Shown here: positions 11,795-24,999 of the stretch, piece by piece
Layout of the letters: each line of letters starts with the position of its first letter
Numbering within the stretch: position 1 is the stretch's first letter
NCBI GenBank assembly: GCA_051362555.1
Contig: CM120647.1
Coordinates: forward strand, 3,968,001 to 4,032,000
Direction: 5' to 3'
Length of the DNA: 64,000 nucleotides
From: Lingula anatina
Taxonomy: Eukaryota > Animalia > Brachiopoda
Position numbers and translations under genes: made by a program
Notes under the pieces: model-generated
What the model was told of the DNA's origin: nothing
Seen by the model: only the letters and a program-made list of their open reading frames with translations
Database searches by the model: none

Positions 11795-14700
11795 TAGTCC
11801 AAGAATTTGGTGACAAATTGTGCATGTCTGAAAATTTCAAAATGGCCGTCAAATCCAAGATGGCCGCCAAAATACCCTTTCAGTTTAAAACGTCAAGTAT
11901 ATAGTCTTTAAATGGCTTAAATATCATATAAAGGTTGGACCACGGAATGAATTCAGTATCAATATCTGCTTCTTTAGGTGTATTAAATCCAAAGGTCCGC
12001 AAAAAGTTAAAAGCAGTCCGCTAATCCAAGATATCCAGTAGAATAGCAAATTCATCAAAAACTACAAGCATGGCATTTGGCACAGTTGTTTAGAATGGGA
12101 TTCCAAGCAATTTTGGATGTATGGGCATGTCTAAAAATTCCAATATTTGTGGCCACCACAAATACCCGTTCAAATTAAAACTTCAAGTGTATACTCCTAT
12201 AATAGCTTAAGATGACGTTTTATGGTAAGACAAAACTATGGTATGAATAAAGTATCAGTATCTGCATCTTTAGGTGTATAGAAATCCAAAAGTAAGTAAA
12301 ACAGGCCACAGTATGGTGGAGTAACCATGCACTTAAAACTATAAGCATGGAAATTGGCAGAACAGGATTCTAAGCATTTTTTAGATTTAGAGACATGTCT
12401 GAAAATCCTAATATGGTCACCAAAACTCTTTTCCAAAGTAGAAATTCTACTTCATAATTTTAAAATAATCTTTTATATTTTTGGTTTGAAAACACCTCAG
12501 TTTACATGAATTATAAAAAACTGCTCCTTTAGTTATATTAAGATCCAAAATGACTCCTTTTGGTCAAGCCGTGACCAATATATGCAACAATTCTATAGTT
12601 GCCACAGGATATGAAATTGTCAAGGTATTTTCACAAATCAGTTTTAAATAAACGTTATTTTGTCAAGTAGATGTTGCACATATTATTGGCGATCAACCTA
12701 TAACTTTAGAAAATGAACAATTTGCAAAGGACTTGAATGTTACATATTTTTACGTTTCTACTTATCTGGTTGAATAATTCTCATTCATTCAAGTGTGCCT
12801 AGTTGTGTTTCCCTCACTTTTCTCAGAATTTGCCTAAAGCTATACCTTCTACATGTACATGTAATCCAACAAAATACCAAAAGGCATTGGTTATTTTTAA
12901 AACCAGAAAGCATCAGTTTACAAGTCTGAGGGACAATAGGAATATGAAAGTGTGGTGTGGCAATGCATACTAGTAGATGAAGCGTATTAGTGTGAACCCT
13001 CATAGGACCATGCTTCCTATGCTTCTGACTCCCCTGACCACAGCAATTGCATACATAACTACGAACAAATGTGATAGGAGTTACCTGCGAAAGGTAGTTT
13101 TTGCTATCTGGGTAAGTGAATACGCCCATGGCTTCATTCTGGATTGTCCAACAAAGACAATGATGTCGAAAACCACGATGAATTTTTACCTTTCAAAGAC
13201 CATATTTCACTTATTTCCCGGTATAATCCTCAGAATACACCGTTATTTTGAAAGCTTCATTTGTATTAACTTTCTACAGGATTTTAATTATTTTATTATC
13301 ATGTTCAGTTATTTGAAAGTATAAGTTTGTAACTAATCAAGTTGCCGAATAAGCAAATGAAACCCCAAGTTTGGCGCCTACTGCTTTTTGAGTGCACAAA
13401 GTTGGAAGTCTGCAATGCAACTCTTGGATAGAGCACGTATCAACAGCTGCCCTCTGGGAAATTTTCTTGCTCATGAATTTTCACTAAATTCTCGCTAGCC
13501 ATTGTTGCGAATGCAGTTAATCCATTTCTTAGAGCTGAAATTAGAAACTTTTCCAATTTACTTTTGAAACACAAAATAACATCATAAGATAACCGAGTAC
13601 CACTGTGCCCCTTCCTTTAGTACTTTACCAATGCACCACACCAAATTTTGGAGACCTGTATGTTTGATTAGCTGTTATTTTTGTTATATTTGTGAACATT
13701 TGATCATGAATGGTGATTTTAAAATTTGTCCTTACAGCGCATTTATATTGTGATGCGCCATGCACTAATCTAACTTAAGAATCATAACCAACAGACAAAA
13801 TTGGTACACCCCAATATTTTCTATATTGGCCTCTTTGAGGCTAGGTTATTTTGGTTTTTCTTTCACATTTTATAGATTTTACATGATGTTTTTTTCTTAG
13901 AAAGGGGGAGTCGCCCATGAGTGCCATTAAAGTAGATCCGCTAACTGGGCATTGATCTTAATGAGAATCCAGGGCAAAAGTTCAAACTACTTATGTTGGT
14001 TTAGCAAAAAAGGGCCGTTTCAGTACATAGTTAATAAATGTATCATGCTTGGTGATTTTAACAAACTCTGTAGAATAGCTCCTGCACAAGTAGAAATACT
14101 GGTATGCTGATTATACAGGTACTTGCAAAGCCCACATGCTTATTCACGAATGATTGCATTTCAATACATGTGGCCCGCTGTCTTTTGGAGACCATTTTGG
14201 AATTTTAACACCTAAAAAGGTAGATACTGATACTGCATACATACTATGGCATTTTCTAATCATTAAATGATATTTTTATAAAAGACTACATGAATAACTT
14301 TCAACTTCAAAGGGTATTTTGGTCGCCATATTGAATTTGACCGTCATATTGGAATTTCCAGACATGCCCCTATATCCAACGTTGCTTAGAATCATGTTCT
14401 CAACAGCTGTGCCAATTTTTATGCTTGGAGTTGTAAGTGCTTGAAGAATTCAAAATGCTGCTGCATATTTTTTAGTTATAGACTGCTTATTTTACTTTTG
14501 GAGGCCATTTTGGTTTTCTATCGACTTAAAGAAGCGGATATTGATACTTTATTAGCATGGTATTTTCTAACTATAAAATGAAATTTTAAACCATTATAGG
14601 ATTATATATTAGAAGTTTTAATTTAAAAGAGTATTTGTGGTGGCCATATTGGATTTGGCGGCCATATTGGAATTTTCAGACATGCCCATATATCCAAAAT

Positions 14701-14796
14701 GACTTAGAATTCAGTTATCTACAACTGTGCCAAGTTTCATGCTTGTAGGTAAAAATGCACAATTCACCCCTTTTTCTGCACCAAATTCGTGGACTA
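11795..14796. mobile_element. 3.0-kb DNA transposon, probably a degenerate Academ element
   Basis: Termini tagtcca(a/c)gaatttggtg ... caccaaattcgtggacta (TAG..CTA). 3-bp TSD TTA at 11792-11794 and 14797-14799, confirmed by the empty site in the paralog at about 27386. Long imperfect subterminal inverted repeats rich in atggccgcc/tccaa(g/t)atgg. No intact transposase ORF. Confidence 0.75.
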
Positions 14797-14799
14797 TTA

Positions 14800-16522
14800 T
14801 TGCTGGTTCCTTCCGTGCTATTGCCGTAAACTCTGCCACACTTATGGGCTTGGATGCACATGGAATACTCTTGTCAGATTGAATTTTTTAGGGATGAATA
14901 TCCACCGTTTTTGAAAAGCTCTTTTTCGATTTGCCAGAGCAATGTGTCTTTAATGTTGACAAAGCAGTGACGTCAGGAGAGCAAAAATAGAAGGGGATTT
15001 TTTGTTTACACGTACACCATGCATACTTTGTCGCATGATTCAAACTGCTTTTTAAATAAGCTTTTTTAAGTGAGTAGTAGCTACTAGCTAAAGTAAATAC
15101 AGAGTATATTTCATTTCGCTGGGCCACAGAAACCGGCGTCATGGGGTTCACTCGTATTAAGTATTGTGTTATTCCACGTAAGCTATTGTGTTTGTGCGTT
15201 CGAATTTTGAAGGGATTTATACGGCCCTCCATTGTTTGTCCGCCCCCTTCTATTCACAAGATAGGGATTAAAACATTTCGAACGTTGTTACACCGGTGTA
15301 CAACGGAAACAAAATTATTCCGACCAATGTAGTTATTTACGCGTACACCATACTTTATCGCATCATTCAAACTGCTTTTTAAATAAACTTTTTAATTGAG
15401 TAGTAGCTACTAGCTAATGTAAATACAGAGTATATTTCATTTAATAATGTTGCCGTCTTCTATTTATCACTATGTGATATTATATTGAGAGACAGGTTTA
15501 AAAATTGAACGCAATCGACCCCCTACTTAGGTATAAGCCGGTTGTGAAATCATTTCTAAATTAAGTCACATATATTAGAGCCAACTGTCGCCCATAATAT
15601 CGCACCCGTTCCGTTGTCTTGGGACAAGCTGCAGCTGCAGGCTTGTCGATCGCGAGCTTAGCCAACCTGTAGCCCAATGCCAGTCCTTCATGTATATGTA
15701 GCTGCAGGATATCTCAGATATTTTTACTTTTCATATGTTGGAGCTGCTCGTCTTATTACTGCCAGAAACGCTCTTTTGTGTCATGACTACCGTTAAATGA
15801 ATATTGTGTTCTAATTCGTTACACTCAAACGCACATGTAATATTTATAATATGCACTCAGAGGCGGTATTCAGGATGAAGTGCTCATTTCATGTACTTTA
15901 TTTTCAATTTTACATTGCGTATTGTGGTGAAGACAATCATTAGATCAACGATATCTGCCTTTTTTTTAATTAATAAGCACATGTGCACAAATTAAGCTAT
16001 TAACAAACTTTGCTCCACTGAAAAAGGAATCGTCCTTTTTGATAGTACATCTGTTATTTTTAAAAGACTAAAAAAAGACTAAAAAACAGTCTGAATGCCT
16101 TTGGATACAAATGACTAGTTAGAAACTGTAAACCTTAATTTCTTGACACGTACATATGTAAAACAAAACTCCGTGAGAGAGAATCTTCGACATCGTGTAC
16201 ATGAAGTTCTTGAGCGCCATTGCTCCTTCCGGGAGAGGCTAGCGTCCTGCTGTACACGCTGTTATTCTTAAGGATCATCATCATCCGACTTAAAAAAACC
16301 AAACGCTCAAAACACAATCGAAAATGCTCGTCAAATACCTATCGATCTGAAATCATCTGAAAAGGGAACGTTCCAAGTAATCTTATCAATAAAAGCGAGC
16401 AAACTTGATATTAATTCAGATAATCGATATATCGCCTGTAAACCGCGTTCAGCAGAAAAAAATATATTGTCGGATTCATTATCTGCCAAACTTTTTTTTT
16501 ATTCAAAATTCACATCGTCGCA
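14800..16522 (+). repeat. Segmental duplicate of about 27390-28885 (upstream region of the caspase-fold gene)
   Basis: Long colinear high-identity blocks such as aatgttgccgtcttc, ccccctacttaggtataagccggttgtg and catcgtgtacatgaagttcttgagcgccattgctcc. Contains an internal duplication of about 105 bp (about 15005-15115 and 15337-15442). Confidence 0.9.
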
Positions 16523-16852
16523 ATATGGGGTACCGGGGGATATCAGCATTGATCAGATTCGTGCCGGAAGTGACGAGTAGTGGTGTAAGACGTAAAGCTG
16601 AGTGGTCATTTTTAGCTGAATGGGAATGGTGAATGGGAATAAAGAGGTGGGCTTGGAGAAACAAGGCAGCAAAGCTGTCAAATGTACAGACAGAAAAAAA
16701 AACAGAAAAAAAGATGTAAAATACCGTATAGCTAAAAAAAACACGACTATTGGTACGCGTATGATCGGTAACTGATTTAATTCTCGTAAAATTACCATCC
16801 GCCCCCTTCCTTATGAATAGGTATTACTTTATTAATACAATGCAACCGTCGT

Positions 16853-17008
16853 GTAGCCGTATGTTAGAAGACAATGTTTGAATACGCACAGCAGTAGGAG
16901 GCCGCTACCCCTTCCCAGCAAGGAGTCAACTAAGCCGCAGGTTAGAAGACAATGCGTGATTACTCACAGCAGTAGGAGGCCGCTACCGCTCCCCAGCAAG
17001 GAGTCAAC
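16853..17008 (+). repeat. Two tandem GC-rich repeats of about 79 bp
   Basis: gttagaagacaatg...cacagcagtaggaggccgctacc...cccagcaaggagtcaac occurs twice. Confidence 0.85.
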
Positions 17009-17122
17009 ACAGCAGCGCGTAACCCGGGCTTAATTAGGGGTTATTAGCTGTACACTTATGATCGGTATTGTTCGTCTTGATTGCAGCACACTTCCTACTC
17101 ACTATTGGTTCGACCGCCTCTT

Positions 17123-19600
17123 CTTTAAATCAAGAAGTTATAATGAGAAGGAGTAGAAACGGGACATCAATTATCTCTCTCGTCCAATCAGAACGCAGCA
17201 TTCTTTTCAAAGCGGCGTCCTTTGAAATTCGATCCTCGTAACTGGTCTAATCCTCCGCTCGCCTCCGCTTGACTCAAGACGGAGAAGCTGAACCAGTGCG
17301 TATACGTCTTGATTTATTCATGTTTAATGCGAATATTTGGAAGTTATACTTAGAAAAACGCCAAGTCGAGCGATATAAAGGTGAGTGAGAGTTGATAATC
17401 TGCTTTGAGCATTGTTTTTTGTTCATACGGTGGCTGTCAGTTAAATTTGTCTGTGCAGAAAGCAGCGTTAGCTCGAAGATCTGAGGCCGATTCAGCGGGA
17501 CCTCCATGTTTAGGACTTTTTTCTTCTTAAGTGCGTGATGTATGCACATAATTTATGTTTTTCTGGTTAGTTAAGCACGTGCATCATTACAATACATCAC
17601 TTTGGTATTAAATTAATCAATCCTTTAGATGAAAAACATCGTTTCAAATAGACAACTTTTCATCCGACTTTTTCAAAATGGCGGGTCCCTAAATTGGTTA
17701 GAGACAGTTGGGTGACAGTTTGGGACAATTTTTGGTAATTTTAACGTGATGTATGCATATGATTTATGTTTTTCTGGTTAGTTAAGCACGTGCAGCATTA
17801 CAATACATCATTGAGATATTAAATGAGTCAATCCTTTAGATGAAAAACATCGTTTCAAATAGACAACTTTTCATCCGACTTTTTCAAAATGGCGGGTCCC
17901 TAAATTGATTAGAGTCAGTTGGGTGACAGTTTGGGACAATTTTTGGTAAATTTAACGTGGTGTAAGCACATAATTTATGTTTTTCTGGTTAGTTAAGCAC
18001 GTGCACCATTACAATATAACATTGTGATATTAAATGAATCAATCCTTTAGATGAAAAACATCGTTTCAAATAAACAACTTTTCATCCGACTTTTTCAAAA
18101 TGGCGGGTCCCTAAATTGATTAGAGTCAGTTGGGTGACAGTTTGGGACAATTTTTGGTAAATTTAACGTGGTGTAAGCACATAATTTATGTTTTTCTGGT
18201 TAGTTAAGCACGTGCACCATTACAATATAACATTGTGATATTAAATGAATCAATCCTTTAGATGAAAAACATCGTTTCAAATAAACAACTTTTTAATGGG
18301 ACTTTTTCAAAATGGTGGGTCCAAAATTTGATGACAGGGAACTCTCGGAATTTTTTTCAATTTCTTATTGCAATATGATGTTTGCAGAGTTTCGTTTAGG
18401 ATATAGAGTTATATTTTGTAATGAATTCCGCACTTACTCATTTCAGGTTGAAGAGAATGCAGGTGAAAGATCTTTAGTTTTGCTGGCAGATGTACATGTA
18501 GCCATAATTGAACAGTCAAAATGATCGTTCCAGCAGCAACTTGATGAGGCACAAGGCTCTGTTTTCTTACCGCCACTAATATTAAACTATAGTGCACAAG
18601 AGGTGCAAGTTTTAAAAGGGAATTTAGTGGTCCAAGTTTTAAAAGGGAATTTAGTGTTCACTGGCTAATTGTCTAAAGTATAAAATAAAATAATCACCAC
18701 ATCAAAATAAAAACTAACCATTTTTGTATTGCTTTAATCACTGTTGGGTGTAACAATATTGACGTATTTTCATCGCTGGTACTTTGTTTAAGATATTATA
18801 TAAGTTGCTCGAATGTTGAAATAAAGCAATATCAATCAAAAAAAATATTTCATTGATTTTTTCTTCTAATGAATTTAAACTATCAGTCTACTATTTGTTG
18901 GCCTCCTGTAATAGACAAAGATATAAACAAAAATATGTATTAATGAAATTTTATTTAGAATCATACTAAGTGCAATAACTTATTTTCATTTCCCCAATTT
19001 TCCTGTTTAAGCTCTACCTGGTATATAAGCAATAACGTGCCAAAAAAGAAAGAAACGAGACTGGCATACGGAAATTGCAAGTACTACTGTTTTGTGTACA
19101 CGGCTGTGAATTGAATGTGTCATTCCTGGATGAAGGTAAATTTCCTTTACACGCCTTTACACGACAAAAATATTTTAAAATAAATATGAGACTTCTACAG
19201 GTGCAAATTTTAGCGTTGAAGGTGGGTTTGTGAAATTGTTCTCATACATTCTTGATGTGAAACTAATTTTTGTATAACTGATCGGCTCTAGATCAAATGA
19301 AGGTGTATCTCGCATGATTTGAGTTTTATTTCCCAAAATGGTTGCGTCCAGGCTTGAAATCTCTCTCTACACCTTTCTGTAATCCCACCATGTTTTCTCT
19401 GTGAGATTATTAGAGATTTCGCGAGGCTTTATCCCAATTGGCTGAAGCAACCCACGTGAACGGTCTTTTGAATATGTATTAGGCACAAGTTCTCCCTAAG
19501 ACCACAAGCTGGGTAATTATTAGGATTAAGCCCGTTACGAGGATAGGATGAAAGGAAACCCCTTGTTTCTACTCCTTCTCATTATAACTTCTTGTTTAAA
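17123..19600. mobile_element. Non-autonomous TIR element of about 2.5 kb carrying an internal satellite
   Basis: Inverted ends tttaaa(t)caagaagttataatgagaaggagtagaaac at about 17123-17160 and 19565-19600. No coding capacity seen. Superfamily uncertain. Confidence 0.65.
17534..18330 (+). repeat. Tandem satellite, 211-bp unit, about 3.8 copies
   Basis: Unit starts at 17534, 17745, 17956 and 18167; units are near-identical. Confidence 0.95.
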
Positions 19601-20420
19601 TGCTCTCTCAAAACTTTCCTCAGTCAGCCGAGAATGGAAACACGTTTATCTGCCGATAAACTACGTCGTTGATGTATTATTCGGCATCATTCTACAGTGG
19701 GTCATAAGGCTCTATCTATGATTTTTTTTCGTCTCGCATTTTACCAGATTAAGCTGACGCTCGAAAACTAAATTTAATGAATAATTTTCTCACGTGCACC
19801 GTATCCAGCTAATTTTACGACAATAACTACCACGGCACCTCCGCCATTTGCAATTGTAGACGAACCACGTGTTTCCAACTGATAGGCCAATACAACTATA
19901 CCAGACCCATTGTACGAGAAAAGACCGTTTATATTTAATGAATTAAAAAACATTTGAGGATTGCGATTTTCTATTGATATACTATCGATGGTATCCCTGT
20001 ATTAAATCATAGTGTAGCATGACTCGTATCACAAGATGGCCTTAGAAATGAAGTAGGCCTAAGACAGGCCTACACTCTGATAGTTTTTAGTCTATTATTA
20101 ACCCTAATGTCGTTGCTTGTCATTCATTCTAGAACTCTCTGAGCCATCGCAAAGTTATTTGCCGGGACATTTAAAGGCTACTTCTTAACGGATTTTTTTT
20201 TTATTTGCACTGAGTCCAAAATGTTCGAGGACGTCTCTGTCGTTATCGCCGTTTCTCGGACGCAGTCCCAGACAAAGGATCGGAAAGTTTCTAAATAAAT
20301 GAACTTATAAATGCTGCCACTAGCCATCCTTATTGTTCCTAAGTAAAGAGAGGCGATAATGATCTGTTCTTTCTTCTAGCTTAGTCTGTCGACTAAAATG
20401 AACAAGGTTAGACCTACAAT

Positions 20421-21470
20421 GCAACCACCTATTATCACGACCATTAATGAGGTTCTTTGCTACACTCCCTTTCTTCATGATCGCGAAACCAGTGGGGTGC
20501 TGTGTTTTAAATATATAAAAAAGGGTCTCGCGAGGTGAAGCTATAATAATGAACTAAAAAAATCCAATGAATAGGCCTATCTAATAAACCATGAAGCACG
20601 TAGTCTAGTCCTCTTCTTTGACCGACATCACATTTTTACATTCTTTGTTTTAATAAGAGGACGAACGTGGTCTAATATGTCTTTTGGTGGTGATTTTGCT
20701 CGAAGTAGCGGAGTCAAGTAAATCGGTGATTTACCGTTGGTAAGAGTAGCAATCATCGCTCCTGCGTCCTCATAGATTACTTTCTAATCACCCGTAATTA
20801 ACGCAGTCAGGAATAAGCGCTCAAATAGGGGTTTTTGTATCAGGGAAAATTTTAGTATTAATCTTATGTTATTATGTATCTGTATTATGTAATCATGTGA
20901 CTCATTTTCCCAAGGCAACCACCAATTATGACGACCATTAATGAAGTTCTCTGCTACACTCTCTCCTCATGATCACTTGCTCGATCGTGAAACCCTGGAG
21001 ATGTTGTATACATATTTGGGGTAGTTTACTATAGCATGCTACACTCTCCTCATGATCAGCTGTTCGATCGTGAAATCTGGAGTGAAACCCATGGTTTATC
21101 TAACAATGGTTTAAATAAATAAAAAGGGTGTCACGGAGGTGAAGCTGCTTGACTCATAAGAATAATGAACGAAAAAATACGATGAACATTTAATAAACCA
21201 CGAAGCACGTATGTTTTGACCGTTATCGCCTTTTTTTACATAAGATGTCTCAACAAGAAGGCAGATGTAGTCCAATTTGTCTTTTGTTGGTGATTCTGCT
21301 TCAGGTGGCTGAGATTAGTTGATCGGTGATGCACCGTTGGTAAGAGTAGCAATCATCACTCCTGCGTTCTAACGGATTACTTTCCAACCCCCCATAATTA
21401 ACGCAGCCAGGAATAGGCGCTGAAATAGGGGGTTTTAAATCAGGAATTAATTTTTGTAATTATGTATCCG
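20421..21470 (+). repeat. Diverged tandem duplication (units of about 495 and 555 bp)
   Basis: gcaaccacc..acgaccattaatga at 20421 and 20915. accgttggtaagagtagcaatcatc.ctcctgcgt is present in both units. Confidence 0.85.
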
Positions 21471-23488
21471 TAAAATAAGAATCGTAACATTATCACGTAT
21501 TTTTCCCGATGGAAAATATCATAATTTATGCACACTGATCGAATTATAAAGAAAATCTCCAGATGTAAACAAAGGTCAGTCAAGTATCACTCATCCCAGG
21601 CTGCAGGGCAGATATAGAGAATTGAATGAAGCGCCAGTGATCTGGCAACCCTACAAATTTGTCATAATGATTCATGGGCAAACAATAGAAGCATGAAATT
21701 AACACCTTTTACAGTGTGAATGACGACACCTTATGAGGCTTTTGTTTCTTCCCCTGGGTTGTTATTACAAAGTAAGTATGTTGACGTAAGTGTGTTGACT
21801 TTTGCGTGTTCAAAGGAACAATGGAAATGTCATTTCAAAACAAAGAGCCACATTTCCCTACTTAAGTGGCCAAAATATTGTCAATGAAACGCAAAAAAGA
21901 CAAAATCACCAGCTGTTACTGACTGAGTCTAACTCAAATGCAAAAAGGTTCGCACAGCGACAAAGCGCTATTGTAAACAATGACCCGACGATGAGATCAA
22001 TAAGATATATAAAATGACTATTTGTACTATAAAACTGTACCCCTGCCCCTACTTGTATATTATTACACACACAAGGCCACCCTATACCAGAGTTACAGAT
22101 TGATTTTTCATTACACAGTCTCTTGCACTGAAGAAAAATACTCATAATTAATTTGCGGCCCTAGTAGAGGGTCTTCTCTCGCTTTCTCTCAAATCAAAAT
22201 AAACTAGCAAACATGAAAATTGGCAAGATGTATTAGAATGTAAAGTGTTGCGAACCCTTTAAACAAGGTGAATGGTAATATGCACGTTTAGACAAATTTT
22301 AATTTTAATTTCAATTAAATTTAATTTTAATTAAAATTGATATTACCAAAATTAGTAAATGTCGTTTGCGTCATGTATCAATATTTTTGCGCATAATAGT
22401 ACCTACGTTATAAACATTCAGCAAAGATATTTGGAAGGCCGCTCTTTTGTTGTTTATATCAAAGGAAAACTATTTGATACCCATCGTATCAATCATTATA
22501 CCATGATAAGAGATTAGCATACTAATTTATGTCCCCAGTAATAATAACTTTAACAATAACAACAAACCTCCCTACTGTGCTTTCCGTTGCAAATACAATT
22601 AGCCACGACTGTTTTATATATTAATAGATATTTTTTAATAATGACAATTTCAAAATCTTCAAAAGTACCGACAGGGACAGGAACTCCCGTCGGATAGGTT
22701 GCAGAGGACTCAACGACGTTAACCGTTGTTCCACCAATTCTATTGTTCACTCATGCAGATATCGACAGCTCTGTATTGCCGCGCATGCCGAAGCTTTGCG
22801 GAAATTGCCGAAGGCTAGGAAAATTCTTCAAAATATACTTTTATTACATTTAATCAAATCCAGACTATCTCCCACTGCCCTGAGGTATGGCTAAAGGCTT
22901 TCAGTTGTCATCAGACTTTGTAATTTGGAGAAAAAAGTGAAACAGTAACTTCTGGTGATGAATAATAGGTAATAGTGCTGCAAGGTGTTGTTTTTTATCC
23001 CTGATGTACTAGTAGCTTTTTCTACAGTTTCTATAATTCTCTTAACGTATGAAAATATGCAGGTTTTCTGATATAATAAGACTTTGATAAAATCAAAACC
23101 AATAATACTTTTAAAGTCGAGAGTCGGGATAAATATCGGCAAGGTGGAGATATGTCCCGCCGGCGCTTCCGCAACAGCAAGACTGAAGGACGCAAGTTAC
23201 AAAGCCAAGTTAAAAACTTAATTACCGGTTTAACTTCGGCGGCAGTGCCTACTGCTGTGAGCAACATGCGCTGTCCATCGTAATCCCCCTATCATTAACT
23301 CTGTCGGGGACGTGCGCATTAGCGCGTCTGATGTAGACAGCGTGTGCTATTAAAGTGACCGGGGACTTATTAGCTATAGTGTAGGTCATTTTGTCAATTT
23401 TGATGCAATAATAAATAATGCTTATAATAGCAGAGTCAGTCAACACTGATTTTTAATCATGCACAACAGGTATATAACAGGTCAATAA

Positions 23489-23655
23489 CAGGAGCAGATC
23501 CAGATATATTTTCTGACAGTATTCCAAAGTATCTTTGTTGATCTATCCTCCATTTTGATGCTCTTCCAACAGAAAAAAATAGATACCCATCAATATAAAC
23601 TTAAAAATCTGACTGTCTTCCAGGGGACCCAGAAAATGGTCTCAACCCACCCCTT
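23489..23655 (-). mobile_element. About 168-bp CAGGGGCGGAT-terminal MITE family, inverted copy
   Basis: Reverse-complement homology to 27840-28008; flanked by the direct repeat caataa. Confidence 0.7.
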
Positions 23656-24999
23656 CAATAAGATTACAGTTTCATGACCATGAGAGTTAAAATCCACATG
23701 ATGAAAGTCCCAATATATGCAAAATGATGACAGTGCATAAAATAATATTACATAGTGTTTAAAGACATAAATACCAATACAACTGCGTATGTGGAAATAC
23801 AGAAAATGTGCAGAGCCTCAGGTGAATGGGAATTAAAAGTCACATCTTAAAAATGCCAGTGTTGGAGAAAAAATTAAAAAGAAAACAACAAAAATATAAT
23901 TCCAATGAAGCTGCTATTCACTGCTTCCTTATTATGGACATTATGTTATCTAGCAGAGAGCTTAACCTTTGGGTGTTGACTTTGAAATATCAACAAGTGT
24001 GCTTTATTAAATCTCATTTACTGGCCAAATAATTAGGCAAATGAGTTTATAGCACTGAACTTAGCCCAGTGAATACCCAAGGGGAATTTACAGACTGGCC
24101 ACACAAATTTGTCTATCAAAGGTCTTCAGGTCTCTAAGTCACACCTTAAGAAAAGCAGAAAACAATAATGCACAAAAACAGGAGACTGCCAATTCTGATG
24201 CAATAATATATTATGTTTAACTGCACAGTCAACCTCAAATTTTAATTATGCACAACAGGTAGCACTGATGAAAGTAAAAGCATAAGGCTTCAGGCCCATC
24301 AGAGTTCAAGTTTACAGTTAGAAAGTGCCAGAATGAGAAAAATGAAAATTTCACAAAAAATGCATAAATTTAATAAAAATGATAATCCAATAGAGCTGGT
24401 TTTCTAATATGAGCTGTATGTCAATCCTAAGAATCATTCTTGTAAGACTAGTTAAAAAATAGGAAGTAACACTTTACATAATATCAATGGTGGCAGAGCA
24501 CAAAGTAGGTTTTTTGTCGATTTTGATGCAATATTACATAATGCTTAACTGTATAAATACCCCCAATTTTAAAATATCTACTATTAAAACATGGACATTA
24601 AGAAAATTTGATTACCACTGGGCTTCATGCCCAAGGGAGCTATAAGTCCCACATTGAAAATTGCAACATGTGAAAGATAATTTTTTTTACAAAAAAACTC
24701 TATTACTTCCAAACAATTAACTCATGAGACAATTTTTCAATTGAAGCTGTATTTCAGTCCTATGTTTCTTTCCTTTAAGTGTGAAAAGAGCAAGTGACAT
24801 GGTTTTCCTTTCACCGCCACTACGGAGGCAGTGCCCAGAATAGGGTTTTGTTCAATTTTGATGCAATATGACACAATGCTTAACAGCATAATAACCATAA
24901 TTTCTTTAATAATAAAATAAAAGTAGCATGGATATTCAGAAAATGTGACTAGCCCATAGAGTTCAGAGTCATACTTTGAAAATCCCAAAATGTAAACAA

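Noticed and set aside
16853-18330. Regularly spaced repeats as a CRISPR array
   Set aside because: The units are contiguous 79-bp and 211-bp tandem repeats with no unique spacers and no cas genes, in a spliced eukaryotic context.
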